Below are positions 12,068 to 25,177 of a DNA stretch of 64,000 bases, one piece after another (the stretch's first letter is position 1; each line of letters opens with the position of its first letter). Origin of the DNA: Tubiluchus corallicola (Eukaryota > Animalia > Priapulida); NCBI GenBank assembly GCA_030141605.1, contig JAQGDQ010000369.1, positions 62,001 through 126,000 of the forward strand. Direction: 5' to 3'. The translations under genes and the position numbers were made by a program. The notes under the pieces were generated by a model. The model was not told where the DNA came from. It ran no database searches and was given only the letters and a program-made list of their open reading frames with translations.

Positions 12068-12180
12068 GGGCAGATACAGCTAGAGTGGTGCTTCAGCTTC
12101 TTATGTTAAGGCATTTGACAGATTGCACAGATACATCTAGAGTGGTGCCTCAGCTTCTTATGTTAAGTCATTCGACAGGT
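12068..12180. repeat. 57-bp tandem duplication
   Basis: cagatacaNctagagtggtgcYtcagcttcttatgttaag occurs twice. Confidence 0.75.
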
Positions 12181-12810
12181 TTCAAAATGCTGATCTGGTT
12201 AGGTCTCTCTTGGTGCCAATCCTGTGTCTTTTGGCAGGCCAGTTATCTGGCTAATTGCACTGAAGGCAGTTGGTACCTTAAACCTCTTTTATCACTACTT
12301 TTATGAATAATGCACTCAGAATCTTTCGTCACTGGTCGCTAAACAATGACAATTTTCTCGCAGTGGTCCTTTACAAATGTTTTCATAGTGCTACCAGCAT
12401 TCCACAGTGCAGTAAAAAGAGTAAAACAACGGTACTTTACATTTGACATTCAACTAAATCATTACTGACAATATCTACTATTTTTGATATAAAACAGAAC
12501 CGGTTCGCGGTAACCAGTGTAAAAACATATTCATTATTCGATTATAGACAATTTACAATAATAAAATAGTCATTTGTCAGATTTCATTTACTAAAATAAT
12601 GATAATTAATGATCAGGCATTAAAATAATCATTTACTAACGTAACAGTTTACACTGAGATAAAAACGCTCGGTAATCGATTTAAGAACAAATTACAGATT
12701 TCAGCACTAAGGAATTATTTGCCAGATTAAATAATTGTCATTTAACAGGTTAAAATTAAAATAAAGCATCAATATTAAATTAGCTACAAAAAGATGTTTA
12801 GTACATGAAA

Positions 12811-13038
12811 CGATTGGTAACCAGCAGAGCCACTGTTGACCCATCACGGACTATACTAAACCGACAATCTGATTTCACAATCCGTTTCCTAGAGCATTAA
12901 CCATAGAAGTTGCTACGAATATCCAACAACAGCGATTGGTAAACAGCAGACCCCGTGTTGACCCCATCACGGACTCTACTAAACCGACAATCTAATTTCA
13001 CAATCCGTTTCCTAAAGCATTAACCATAGAAGTTGCTG
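12811..13038. repeat. ~122-bp tandem duplication
   Basis: cgattggtaa...ccatcacggact...ctaaaccgacaatct...catagaagttgct occurs twice, with a partial third copy near 13075. Confidence 0.85.
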
Positions 13039-14569
13039 TTGCTATGAAAGAGGTATTAATGCAACAATAGATGTTTGGTAAACAGCATACTGCAAGGCTG
13101 GCCGCAGATCAGATCCAACTAGATTAACAGAGTAATTTTGTAAGCGGAGACGATATAAAAATAGCAAGCTGATTATGAGGCATTAGTCTAGTTGTGATGC
13201 AGTGCTCAAAGTCGAATAATTGATTTTATAAAAATAGATCATAGCAATTAGAGTTAGATACCTCTGAGTACATTATATGTGTCCAACTATTCTGGTTGTT
13301 CTTATCAAGTTTGTGAAATATGTATTGTAGGAGTGAGTGACAAAACTCAAGAGACACTTTGATGTATCCTCTAGCTTATTAACTTGTATGTTTTGTAACA
13401 AAGTATCAAGTGAAGAATTCGATGTAGACTTTAAAATTAGAAGCTATGCTTGTGGTTTTAGTACGATTTACGTTTTCATGTAGTTAGACTTGTTTTAACC
13501 TAGCTAGTAGCTCATGCTTGAATGCTTGTTGCTCATGTGTTAGTAGATTTGAATTGTAGGCTTAAATAGGATTGAATACTTAATAATTTTCATATTTGAA
13601 TTTGTACTTGATAGTTGGGTAGTAAAAAATAGAAAAAATTTCTTTGCAAAAAAAAGTTTTCTAAACGAGTCGTTTTTACAAGATTGTAAGCTAGTATTTC
13701 TCAAGCAAGAGCAGTTTTCACAAAAGAAAATTTGTTGTAAAGTTTTAGATCCAATACGTAGAAAAAAATCATCCTTAGATCTAGATATTTGTGAACTAGA
13801 TATTCTTTATTGTGTACAGGAAGAAGTCGTACCGTAAACTAAAAACCTAAACAAATCTTTCTCTAGAAATTGACCTAGTTATAGGCCTGAACTGTATTGA
13901 AGCCCATATGAACAAAACAGAATTTAATTTCTAGACACATTTCTAGACGAATTTAATTTCTCGACTTTTGCAAAACTGACTTTATAAAAAGTTTTTGAGA
14001 AAGCATTTTTGCCAGACATTGAAATTTTGTTTTCAATAAAACTTCTAAGCATTATAGAATTATTTATTTTTCTGAACTGTCTTGCTAAGTTTTATATTAT
14101 GGTTTGGGTTAAGTTTGTTAAGACTTTAAGCTGTTTTTCTGTGAAAATCTGTTCCCGCTTCCTACATTTTCACTTCCTTATTTTGCTAAATGTTTACCAT
14201 GTACCAGAGTGTTCTTACCTAGTTTTTTGTGCAATTACTTCCTAGATGTACGCAGAGCAGCTCTAGTATAGAGAAAAGCGTAGAGTATAGGGAACGATAG
14301 AGGCTAAATGAGCTGCCTTTAGAGCCAGCACGAACTATTACTGCAATATGGTTTTTGATTTGAAAACAAATCTCTTTCAAAGTGTTTAAAAGAAAAACCG
14401 TTTGATCAGATATCCGAGGTTTGCAAATCGTTTCTTGTCGTTCACAACGGTACATTTTCATCACCACTTTACAAACTGACCATGCACTGACCACACAATC
14501 ATGAAACGACAAATTAACTTCGCGGAAGTAATTTTCGACAGAACAGGTCCTAAAAACGTGAATTCTATT

Positions 14570-15211
<642 letters not shown>

Positions 15212-15229
15212 AATAATGCCAACCTGGCT

Positions 15230-16160
15230 TGTACTTTTAATTTATTTACACATATATGTGTGTTTATCTTGTACTAACCATGTACCATATATTCTGTATT
15301 TTTAGCTGTAATTTTACTCTCCAAACATTGTTGATATCTTACGATGTTTTTAATGAACATATAAGCTCTTCACTTCAATTCATAGATGTATTGTAAATAA
15401 AAATATCAAGTTTAAAGTCTCAAAATTTTTGCTACACTCTGCGTATTTTCCATGATACCTACTTCTGATGTATAAAAGCTTCTATTTTTCTATAAATAAT
15501 CAGTTATAATCAATTGTTTCATTCATTTAGCGAAAATTCAAAAAAAGTATCACAAACGTAAAATAATAATTTTCAGTTTACACTGCCAGGAAGCTTTTGC
15601 CTTCAGCTAATAACTTTTACAGCTACAAGAGTTGGTCTAAACATTTATTTAAGATAAACACATTTCTAGTCGTTTGTTTATATGGCAAGCCGTCAATTAT
15701 AACTCCCACCTTCCAAGGCGATACAGACATATTGATACAATTGTCAGTTGTATTGACCCAGTCTTGAGCCTTGAGTTATACTGCCAATTATATGTTGCGC
15801 ATTATTTTTGCCAACATCCGTAATACTGTAAATACCCAGTTATTAAAGCAAGTTTTAAGAAAAAAAATCAAATTTCAAATTTACCGCTGTGTTCACGCAT
15901 GAGCTGTTGAACGCGTGCAGTTCGCCACGTACTAACACATCTGAACTGCGAGGTACAGCACCTGTTTTTGTGCAATACGTTTCCGAAATGCAGGCACTAG
16001 TGCCAGACAAAATGCATGTAAAATACCGAAGAACTAGTGACGCGAACGTGAAATTGTGTTTATGTGTAATAATTCTTTCACGTAAGTTCTTTTTGAAAAC
16101 AAATAGTATGTTTCCTTTCAATATTTTAAAGAGTAGATTGTTTTGACCTACAGTTTAAGA
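15230..16160 (+). repeat. Local duplicated block, copy 1 (partner 19931-20770)
   Basis: 15230-15453 matches 19931-20155 almost exactly. 15820-15853 matches ~20163-20192. 15873-16160 matches ~20473-20770. The segments are collinear with different inserts. Confidence 0.85.
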
Positions 16161-16793
16161 CTGGATTCAGTTTTGCTTTAAAGGAAATTACAACTCACTC
16201 AGTATGTTGGGTTTGTTTTACTGTTATCACTTAAACTTAGAAATATATAACAAAGAAATTCGCAATAAACTGTCTGTAAAGCGTAAAGTTAATTTATACT
16301 GCCTCTGTCAAAGTTTATCCAGAAATGAAAATCATTCTACTGTGGCTTGCTGTGCATCAATATATTGCTACAGTTGTCAACTTTCTAGAAATGACAGTTA
16401 AAAGTAAATTCAAAGAAAGCACAAGAGGTATCAACCATTTAAAATATTAGTAATATATTAACAATGCTGAGAGGACAACTCATCCGCTTTGACGTTTTCT
16501 GTCAACCCTGCCAAAGGAGGTACTCTCAGTGTGTAGCACCTCTACAAAGCAAAGTACAATTTAAATGAACACGTGAGTGGACGTGTACATATAGACTATC
16601 CAAGAGAAATAAGCCGTTAATTACATGTATATATGATCAACTGTGCTTATTCTATCATATATTCAGGAAAAATCACCAATTTTGAACTTAAATTTTTGAG
16701 GAATAAATATGAGAATTAGAAGATCATGTATTCTAGAAATTAGAACTATGAAAGATTTGCAATTAAAGCTGAACTTAACCCATCAGTTCATTC

Positions 16794-17273
16794 ATTATAC
16801 AAATGAAACGTTATCGATTATACAATTGAAACACTATCGATTATACAAATGAAACACTATCGATTATACAATTGAAACACTATCGATTATACAAATGAAA
16901 CACCATCGATTATACAATTGAAACACTATCGATTATACGTTGAAACGCTATCGATTATACAATTGAAACGCTATGGATTATACAATTGAAACACTATCGA
17001 TTATACAATTGAAACACTATCGATTATACGTTGAAACGCTATCGATTATACAATTGAAATGTTATCGATTATACAAATGAAACGCTATCGATTATACAAT
17101 TGAAACGTTACCGATTATACAATTGAAATGCTATCGATTATACAATTGAAACGTTATCGATTATACAAATGAAACGCTATCGATTATACAATTGAAACGT
17201 TAGCGATTATACAATTGAAATGCTATCGATTATACAATTGAAATACTATCGATTATACAATTGAAACACTATC
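16794..17273. repeat. 23-bp minisatellite (~21 copies)
   Basis: Unit attatacaattgaaacactatcg with minor variants. Confidence 0.97.
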
Positions 17274-18631
17274 AAAACTGTTTTTGAGTCGCTCGCTAAA
17301 ATTAAATTTTGAGGATATGCGTAAAATCTGTGTTTTTTTAATTAGCATATATTGGGAGAAATGTGTTTAGTACAATGTAAAGAAAAAGATATTTATTACG
17401 CTTATAGCCTACTGGAAAATTTATTAGTGTTAATCCTTAAGAAGCTCGTTTTTTAATTAAACGATGACGTAAGGATAGTAATTACATTTTAAAAGAAACA
17501 ATGAAGCAATTGCCAAAAAAAAACTTAGACGAAACATCACAGTGAGCTTAGGAAAAGAATATTTGTACAAAAGTAGGAAAACTTTTTTTATTTTATGTAC
17601 AGTATACTCATAGCATATATCAAGCTAAGTATGCTGCTGAGACATGGGTCAGAAAGACAGGATCAGTGCTATAAGCAGTCAGAAAATCGTCTTGTCCAAA
17701 GGGTTTAATATTAGTTTTCCTTTTTATGCACTATTGAAACAGTAATATAAAATCAAATAAAGAAAAAATATTTCTATTTTCCCTAGTTTGTTCTGGATTC
17801 GAGAATAGTATATTTTGTGAATGAACTCCGTGGCTACGAGATCATGTGATTTGCACATGTGTTCAGCATGGGTACGAAGTCTGGGATCTGCTCAGGAGAT
17901 ACTACCTGTTGTCTCGCAACCTTTTGTAACCTGTTGCAATCTGGAGAACTGCACTTTTGGCCGTCAGGCAGGACACAGAAATGTCATGCCTCTAGAAACT
18001 GACTTAGTTGCACAGAAAATTCAATAAAAACGCCTTCTTTGGCACCACACTGACCAGTCCAATTGATGTTCACTACCATAATCCTAGTGTTTTGAGATTT
18101 ACTATGGTGTGAACGCTACTAAGCTGCAGAACTATTGCAGGAAACCATTTTAAATATTAAGTCAAGACAACAGAAATTTACTTTTTACCTCCTCAGAAAA
18201 GAGCGACTGATTTACCATACAGATTTGTGTCTGCACTTAACGAGAATGTAGCAGAATCACGACTGACTGCTCTTTTTTGTCTACGTCCCTGTTTTTATAC
18301 CAGCTACCACCGTGCATGCTTGAACAATCGGGTTAGAGATTCAGGAAGTAATTTTCTACGCGCGGTTGTAAAAAATGCAAAAATAATGGTTTTTACGGTT
18401 TTGTTGTTGGAAAGTTCAATGACCTTGGTAAATATGCCAAGGGGTAATTTTTTGTGAAAAGCTTGCAGATTCTAGACTTGAAAAGCATGAAAAAAGTTCC
18501 CTGACCTAAATGCATCATCACTTTGTTTGAAAAGAATTTGCAAAATCTAGCAATTACCAAGACTACTAGTAAGCAAATTGCAAATTAAGAACACTGAAAT
18601 AATGCTTTAATCAAATATAAATAGATCATTA

Positions 18632-19012
18632 TGATTTTAATTATGCATTTTGTTGATTTTAATTATGCAGTTTGTTGACTTTAATTATGCAGTTTGTTGA
18701 TTTTATTTATGCAGTTTGTTGATTTTATTTATGCAGTTTGTTGATTTTATTTATGCAGTTTGTTGATTTTATTTATGTAGTTTGTTGATTTTATTTATGC
18801 AGTTTGTTGATTTTATTTATGCAATTTGTTGATTTTAATTGTTTAGTTTGTTGATTTTATTTATGCAGTTTGTTGATTTTAATTATGCAGTTTGTTGATT
18901 TTAATTATTTAGTTTGTTGATTTTATTTATGCAGTTTGTTGATTTTAATTAAGCAGTTTATTGATTTTATTTATGCAGTTTGTTGATTTTATTTATGCAG
19001 TTTGTTGATTTA
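18632..19012. repeat. 22-bp minisatellite (~17 copies)
   Basis: Unit tttatgcagtttgttgatttta; gcag recurs every 22 bp. Confidence 0.97.
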
Positions 19013-19509
19013 TTTTCAAAATGTCTTTTTGCTCCCATCTCGTCAGTGAATCCAAGCAGAAATTCTCAAAAAAACAAAATGAAATTAATGACTTTTGTAT
19101 TACCCATTTGCCACATATGTATTCTGTATAAGCAGTCATTAATTTTATATTGTTTTTCTTTGTGAATTCACTGAAGAGATGGAAATAAAAAGACCTTTTG
19201 AAATTCGATAAACTGTGTAAATAGTTTGATTTGATTCAATATTTTATTTCAAACTTTACAAAGTTCATATATACATTAGAAATAAACTGCAAATAATACA
19301 ATAAATTATGGCTCACGACAATAACAACATAACAATTAACGATATAACAAACTACGTAGCAACCTGATTGCGTATGTTGTTTGTATTTGATTAAAAAAGA
19401 CACAACCAAAACACAACGCAATACAGAAATCTAATCAGCCGAAATGACGAACTCGATTGGTTAATAATCTTTCGCTTAATATGTGTCACAAATTTTTCAG
19501 TTATAATAG

Positions 19510-19800
19510 CAGTATGTATTCATACCAAACTGTCATGTATAAAGGTGCTGTAGTGTGGAATTATTTACCCGTAGTGGTTAATGTTATTTCATAATGCACC
19601 ATCATGTCATCATGTATACAAATTTGTAGATATGTAATGTAGTATTTCAATGTCTTTATTCTTATGATTTTTAACTTACATTAACTGACACAACTGCACA
19701 CATCACTCTGTCACTGACTGGTTATACACTGAATTTATGTGAGATGTAATTTGTTTTACTCTGTACTAGTGTATAATTTTTTCAATAAAGATTTCTATAT
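19510..19800 (+). mobile_element. Very degenerate L2/CR1-like LINE 3' remnant
   Basis: ~19532-19573 translates VMYKGAVVWNYLPV (GxxxWNxLP motif). AATAAA and a short TA-rich tail near 19785. Confidence 0.4.
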
Positions 19801-19930
19801 ATGTAAACAAATTTAAGAAACTTTTAAAAAATGTTTGCTGGAAAATGTCATTTGATAAATGATGTAAGATTTAAAGTTTTTATCGTAATTATACAATTTT
19901 ATTGTACTAATGAAGTTTACATCTTTTTAA

Positions 19931-20770
19931 TTGTACTTTTAATTTATTTACACATATATGTGTGTTTATCTTGTACTAACCATGTACCATGTATTCTGTA
20001 CTTTTAGCTGTAATTTTACTCTCCAAACATTGTTGATATCTTACGATGTTTTTAATGAACATATAAGCTCTTCACGTTTGTTCATAGATGTATTGTAAGT
20101 AAAAATATCAAGTTTAAAGTCTCGAAATTTTTGCTACACTCTGCATATTTTCCATGTTATCAGTAATACTGTAAATAAGTTATTAAAGGAAGACAGGATG
20201 ATTTTTTATATGCTAGCCAATTTTCAAGCATGGTAAAATGTATACATTTTAACACTAATAATAAAATAATACTGCAAAAGCGTTTCTGATAATTAAATAA
20301 TAGATTAAAATTTATATTAACGCATGCCAGTCCAACTATTGATCACATCACAAACTAACATTATTTTCAACAGCAAAAATATTCCATGAGCACGCGTTTG
20401 CGAAAGCGAAAATTAAAGTACAGTGATACTGTAAAATATTCTGTGTGTTGTACTAAAATTAGACACCTCAGCTTTCAAATTTACCGCGCGCATGAGGTGT
20501 CGAACGTGCGCAGTACGTCAGAAACTAACACATCTGAACTGAGAAATACAGCACCTGTTTTTGTGCAAAGCATTTCAGAAATGCAGGAGCTAGTGCCCGT
20601 CTAACTGGCTAATGACGAAATGCATGTAACAGCGAATAACTTGTGGCGGGAACGTGAAATTGTGTTTGTGTGATAATAATTCCTTCGCGTAAGTGATTTT
20701 TGAAAAAAATAATGTTTCCTTTCAATATTTTAAAGAATAGATTGTTTTGACCTTCAGTTTTTAAGGTTTG
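19931..20770 (+). repeat. Local duplicated block, copy 2
   Basis: Collinear match to 15230-16160. Confidence 0.85.
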
Positions 20771-21152
20771 GTTCGGTTTTAAACATGCATGCAACAAAAA
20801 GTCGCTGAAATGAACGGCCACACAGATAATCCCAGCACGGGCCAATGCATCTGTCATGTCATCGTCTGTCTGATTTTTACTGAATCTATTATCACAAGAA
20901 AAGAGGAGAAGGACGTATGTGGAAAGAGCTGTCCACGGGCAACTGCACTATTTCAATGCAGTAATTGTTTGCAAACCTAATGGCGGCTTAAAGTATGATA
21001 ATCGGATTTGACCAAAAATCCCCTTTCGTTCAGATCTTTGCTTGTAATACAGGTATGTTTTTACTTTTAGGTTAAGTGATGATTACTGCAAAATTGTTAA
21101 TTACTAATAATTAATACAAAAAACACTCATATTTAAGAAATGAACAGGCAAA

Positions 21153-21860
21153 ACGATTTCAGTTCATCACTGCGTAGTGTCTTCTGCACAGTTTCGTAAA
21201 ACTGATGATTTTAGTCCATCACTGCGTAGTGTCTTCTGCACAGTTTCGTAAAACTGAGATTTAGTCCATCACGCGTATGTCTTCTGCACAGTTTCGTAAA
21301 ACTGAGATTTAGTCACATGCGTATGTCTTCTGCACAGTTTCGTAAAACTGACGATTTAGTCACATGCGTATGTCTTCTGCAATTTCGTAAAACTGATGAT
21401 TTTAGTCCATCACTGCGTAGTGTCTTCTGCACAGTTTCGTAAAACTGATGATTTCAGTCCATCACAGCGTAATGTCTTCTGCACAGTTTCGTAAAACTGA
21501 CGATTTCAGTCCATCACTGCGTAGTGTCTTCTGCACAGTTTCGTAAAACTGATGATTTTAGTCCATCACTGCGTAGTGTCTTCTGCACAGTTTCGTAAAA
21601 CTGACGATTTTAGTCCATCACTGCGTAGTGTCTTCTGCACAGTTTCGTAAAACTGATGATTTTAGTCTACCATTGCGTAATGTCTTCTGCACAGTTTCGT
21701 AAAACTGATGATTTTAGTCTACCACTGCATAGTGTCCTCTGCACAGTTTCGTAAAACTGATTTTAGTCTACCACTGCGTAGTGTCTTCTGCAAAATTTCG
21801 TAAAACTGACGATTTTAGTCCATCACTGCGTAGTGTCTTCTGCACAGTTTCGTAAAACTG
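21153..21860. repeat. 52-bp minisatellite (~14 copies) in the putative 5' intron of the MARVEL gene
   Basis: Unit catcactgcgtagtgtcttctgcacagtttcgtaaaactgaYgattttagtc. It lies after a donor-like acag|gtatgt near 21053. Confidence 0.97.
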
Positions 21861-22199
21861 TGTTAAAGAATGTGATTTTAGATATTACTAGCATATTATA
21901 TTAGTCTAAATATATTACTTACAGTATAGCTAATGTCATATTCGTCACCCAGCAAGCCATTTGCCACGAGTCGACAGCAGGACTATTAAGGGTTGTGGCG
22001 GCACTGGGATCTCACTTAGACACTCTCGATTGAGAATCCTACATCTCTGTGAAGCATTTTTTATTTAGAAGAGCAAAGATCAGCAAACCTCAGCTTCGAA
22101 CTGAACGCTTTGACTGAAAAAGCAATCCCTAAATCGCTCAGCGATATTGCACCATCAAGAAATTTGATACGATGTAACTTTTTTATGACAAGAAAAGAA

Positions 22200-22859
22200 T
22201 TTACAATTCCGCACTCAATTTAGAAAACCTAATCTAACCCTAATCCTAATTCAACTCTAACCACAACCCTAATCCTAGCCCTAATCCTGCTGAGATGTGG
22301 AGTTTTTATCGCGCAGTAATCGAGAGCGTCTTAACAATATCCCTCACTGTTTGGTACCATGGCGCTACCACGCAGGGAAATCGTAATGCTCTTCATCAAG
22401 TTGTTAAATCCGCCTCAAAAATTACAGGAGTTGAACAGCAATCTATGGCATATTTGTATGAAACTATGGTTGCAAAGAGAGCACAAGTTATCATGGAAGA
22501 TGAATTTCATCTAGGTGATAAACATTTTGAAATGCTCCCCTTTGGTCGTAGATACCGTTCAATTAATGCGAAAATCACAAGAACTTTAAATTATTTCTAT
22601 CCAGTTGCAATTCGCACATCAACTGTAAATTTCAGTCAATCATCAATATTAATTCTCTATGTCATTGTACAACTGATTGAATTATTTGTGTTAATTATTA
22701 TTACTGTTGTATCCATAAGTTATTACAGTACGTAAAAACCACATAAATTTCATTGTATGTATTATGCTATAATGACAGTAAACTGCTTACTTACTTACTT
22801 AATCCTAATCCTAATCCCACTTCACGAACTAATTTTCTTGTGTGTGGGGGAATTGTAAA
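22200..22859. mobile_element. Small TIR element with degenerate (CCCTAA)n interior, interrupted by a LINE
   Basis: tttacaattcc at 22200 and ggaattgtaaa at 22849-22859. CCTAA-like repeats at 22228-22288 resume at 22801. Confidence 0.5.
22289..22800 (+). mobile_element. 5'-truncated Rex1/Babar-like LINE (ORF2 C-terminus, DUF1891-like)
   Basis: ORF 22295-22735 (FYRAVIESVLTISLTVWY..LHQVVKSASKITG..F.MLPFGRRYRSI..YFYPVAIR) matches the Rex1 RT C-terminal pattern. (CTTA)n tail at 22786-22800. Confidence 0.85.
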
Positions 22860-22957
22860 CTTTAGCCTATGATAATTGTGTAAAGAACGTTTCGTAAGTG
22901 TTTAGTCAAGAATAAACTCGAATTTTAATTTTTCAGGTTTATTAGAGCTCTATCAAA

Positions 22958-23506
22958 ATGGCGGACGCATCTGAAACGAGGACCGCAACAGTAACAACAA
23001 CCAGGACCCAGACGACAAAACCTTATTTTGATCCGGCGTATCTGCGCACAATACCTGGAATCCTGAAGATAGTTCAGATAATATTGGCTATCATTGGTCT
23101 TATATGTGTAGCCTCCGTAGGATATTCTGCGAGAGACCTTGGCAGAAGCAAAATCAATGGAGATTCCTTTTATAAATACGTCGCTGTTTGTACTTCCGTC
23201 CCAACCTTGATTGTGCTAATATTGTACCTGTTCCATGTTGTCGAGTACCTATACATAATGCCATGGTATCTGCACGTCGAATTCATCTATTGTCTCGCGT
23301 ATGCCATTGGCTTCTTCACCGCCTCTGTCTGGGTTGCAGTGCACTGCGGCCGGTATGGTTGTCGAGGAAGGCATGCTGGTTGGGGTGCTGGAGCGTTTTT
23401 TGGCTTTTGCGCAATGATCGCCTATGCCGTGGATGCTTTCTTCAAGTTCCGCGTCTGGCGGGCCTGGCGGGTCCAACAACGGCGACAGTGGACTACCACT
23501 GCGTAG
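22958..23506 (+). CDS. MARVEL-domain tetraspan membrane protein (plasmolipin/CMTM-like), 182 aa
   Basis: FDPAYLRTIPGILKIVQI and AGAFFGFCAMIAYAVD motifs, four hydrophobic segments. Acceptor tttttcag ends at 22936; Kozak-like aaaATGG. Confidence 0.92.
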   Translation: MADASETRTATVTTTRTQTTKPYFDPAYLRTIPGILKIVQIILAIIGLICVASVGYSARDLGRSKINGDSFYKYVAVCTSVPTLIVLILYLFHVVEYLYIMPWYLHVEFIYCLAYAIGFFTASVWVAVHCGRYGCRGRHAGWGAGAFFGFCAMIAYAVDAFFKFRVWRAWRVQQRRQWTTTA

Positions 23507-23611
23507 TATCTTCTGCACAGTTTCGTAAAACTGACGATTTCAGTCCATCACTGCATAGTGTCTTCTGCACAGTTTCGTAAAACTGACGATTTCAGTCCAT
23601 CACTGCGTAGT
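23495..23611. repeat. About 2.3 more copies of the 52-bp unit, overlapping the MARVEL stop codon
   Basis: accactgcgTAGtatcttctgcacagtttcgtaaaactgacgatttcagtccatcactg..., the same unit as 21153-21860. Confidence 0.95.
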
Positions 23612-23654
23612 ACCTCTATGTCTCATAAAATAGGCCTAAAGCTCAAACTGTTTA

Positions 23655-23985
23655 AAACACGTAAATTTAAACTGCCGCGACTAACGCAGCCATTTTGACG
23701 ATAAGTCATTTAAAACAAGTTTAGATAACATTCCGTAAAGTTCGAAAAAAATAATCAGAGCATTCGTGGCACACACGTCACTAACTAATTAAAATTTTAA
23801 ATTACTGTATCGTGTCAATAATATTAAAAATGCCTTTCTGGTTAGTGGTGCACCCTGGAGGGTGCGTTAACGACATTTTACCAATTGGAGAAAGCATTTT
23901 AAATAATTAATAATTTTCTTTTCTAGTTACGTAAGGTTTTCCAGCAGGTAAACGATAAACTAAGTATTATAGATTTGCATGGAAA
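23655..23985 (-). repeat. Interspersed repeat family A, copy 2 (inverted)
   Basis: Reverse complement of the 7024-7472 / 45085-45548 sequence (ttttcttttctagttacgtaagg; gtggtgcaccctggagggtg). Confidence 0.75.
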
Positions 23986-25177
23986 GTTTTTTGGGACATA
24001 ATTTGACCTTGCCTTTTCTTCCTCTGATTTTCGTTTATGTAGTGACGTCTTGTAATAGTGCAGTCGGAACAGTATTGCCGGAGATTTAAAACGAAGGCAA
24101 ACAAAAAATCTTTTTGCAATGTGAGTACGGTATATGCATAAAATTGCTATAAAACAACATAATTTTTTAAGGCGATTTTTCTGAAAGGTACCCCTTTTCT
24201 TGTCCTTTTAAAACTAAAGACCTGGGTGTAATAAATTAAAACGCTTTTACTTTTTCTGTGAGATTGCGTCATTAAGTTGACACCTCACTATGCGGACCGG
24301 ATATAAGTTTTACTATTAGGAAAGTCACAACCTCCTATGTTTGAGATAAAACACCATCGCAAGGTAGGCAGTTCATTTTAATTATTTTTATTTTATTCTT
24401 AAGATCTGCCTTACAGTTACAATAAACAAGATCACATCACCGAATAAACTAATTCGTTCACTCCTGTTTTTTAGCTACAGAGGGCTCCACCATCTACGCC
24501 CATTCTAGTTTCAAATACGTTCTGCTCTGTGGCTTTGCTGTTGAATTGGTTGCGATGGCTGTGTTGCAACTACTCTAAAAACTCGTTTTTTAAAGATTCT
24601 TCCTTTTATCGTCGACTGATGCTGACGATAAAACTGTCCAGAGATTGCGACACACACAATTATGTCTATTGTTGAGAAGAGCCAAACGTTATACAATAAT
24701 TTACAATCATTTTAATGTTGTCAAACATAGCAATAAACAGTTTCATCCGAAATACGACACTTCCAACGAGACATGGGAAGAGCACTGTTTCCTCATTTGA
24801 GATGGTCAGCTGCATGTCGCGTGAATAATGCATTCGTGTAAATGTCCATAAGTCAGAAGCTTACTGTTCTCAGTAATTAATAATGATGGTAATGTGCGCC
24901 GAAATAGTCTTTTTATGACCGTACTAATTTCTGTAGACCTCCCTGGGCAATTCATCCATACGTCAGGCCTGCTCTTTCCAGATTTTATCTGTAGAACAAT
25001 AAATTTAAAATTCCAGGAATCGAGCCTAGAATCCCAACCTTGCCTCGCACTTGTCGAATCGTATTTGCCGTTGTTAAAAGGCTTGCCGTATGTAACAAAT
25101 CACAGAATTCGTCATTATGTAATAATCAGCACGTAACAAATTTGATGCATCACGTGACAGGCTAACGTAGATTTAGA

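Noticed and set aside
16794-17273. 23-bp array as a CRISPR or iteron array
   Set aside because: No spacers; it is an ordinary minisatellite.
21153-21860. 52-bp array as a CRISPR array
   Set aside because: The units are head-to-tail with no unique spacers, there are no cas genes, and the context is eukaryotic.
21153-21860. 52-bp unit as a tandem hammerhead ribozyme (contains CTGAYGA, with CGAAAC on the opposite strand)
   Set aside because: CUGANGA and GAAA are on opposite strands. Neither strand gives CUGANGA-stemII-GAAA in order. An Infernal/RNAMotif search would settle it.
22295-22735. 146-aa ORF as a host gene (such fragments can be mislabelled as AlkB8 N-terminal domain)
   Set aside because: It is the C-terminus of a 5'-truncated Rex1-like LINE with a tandem-repeat tail.
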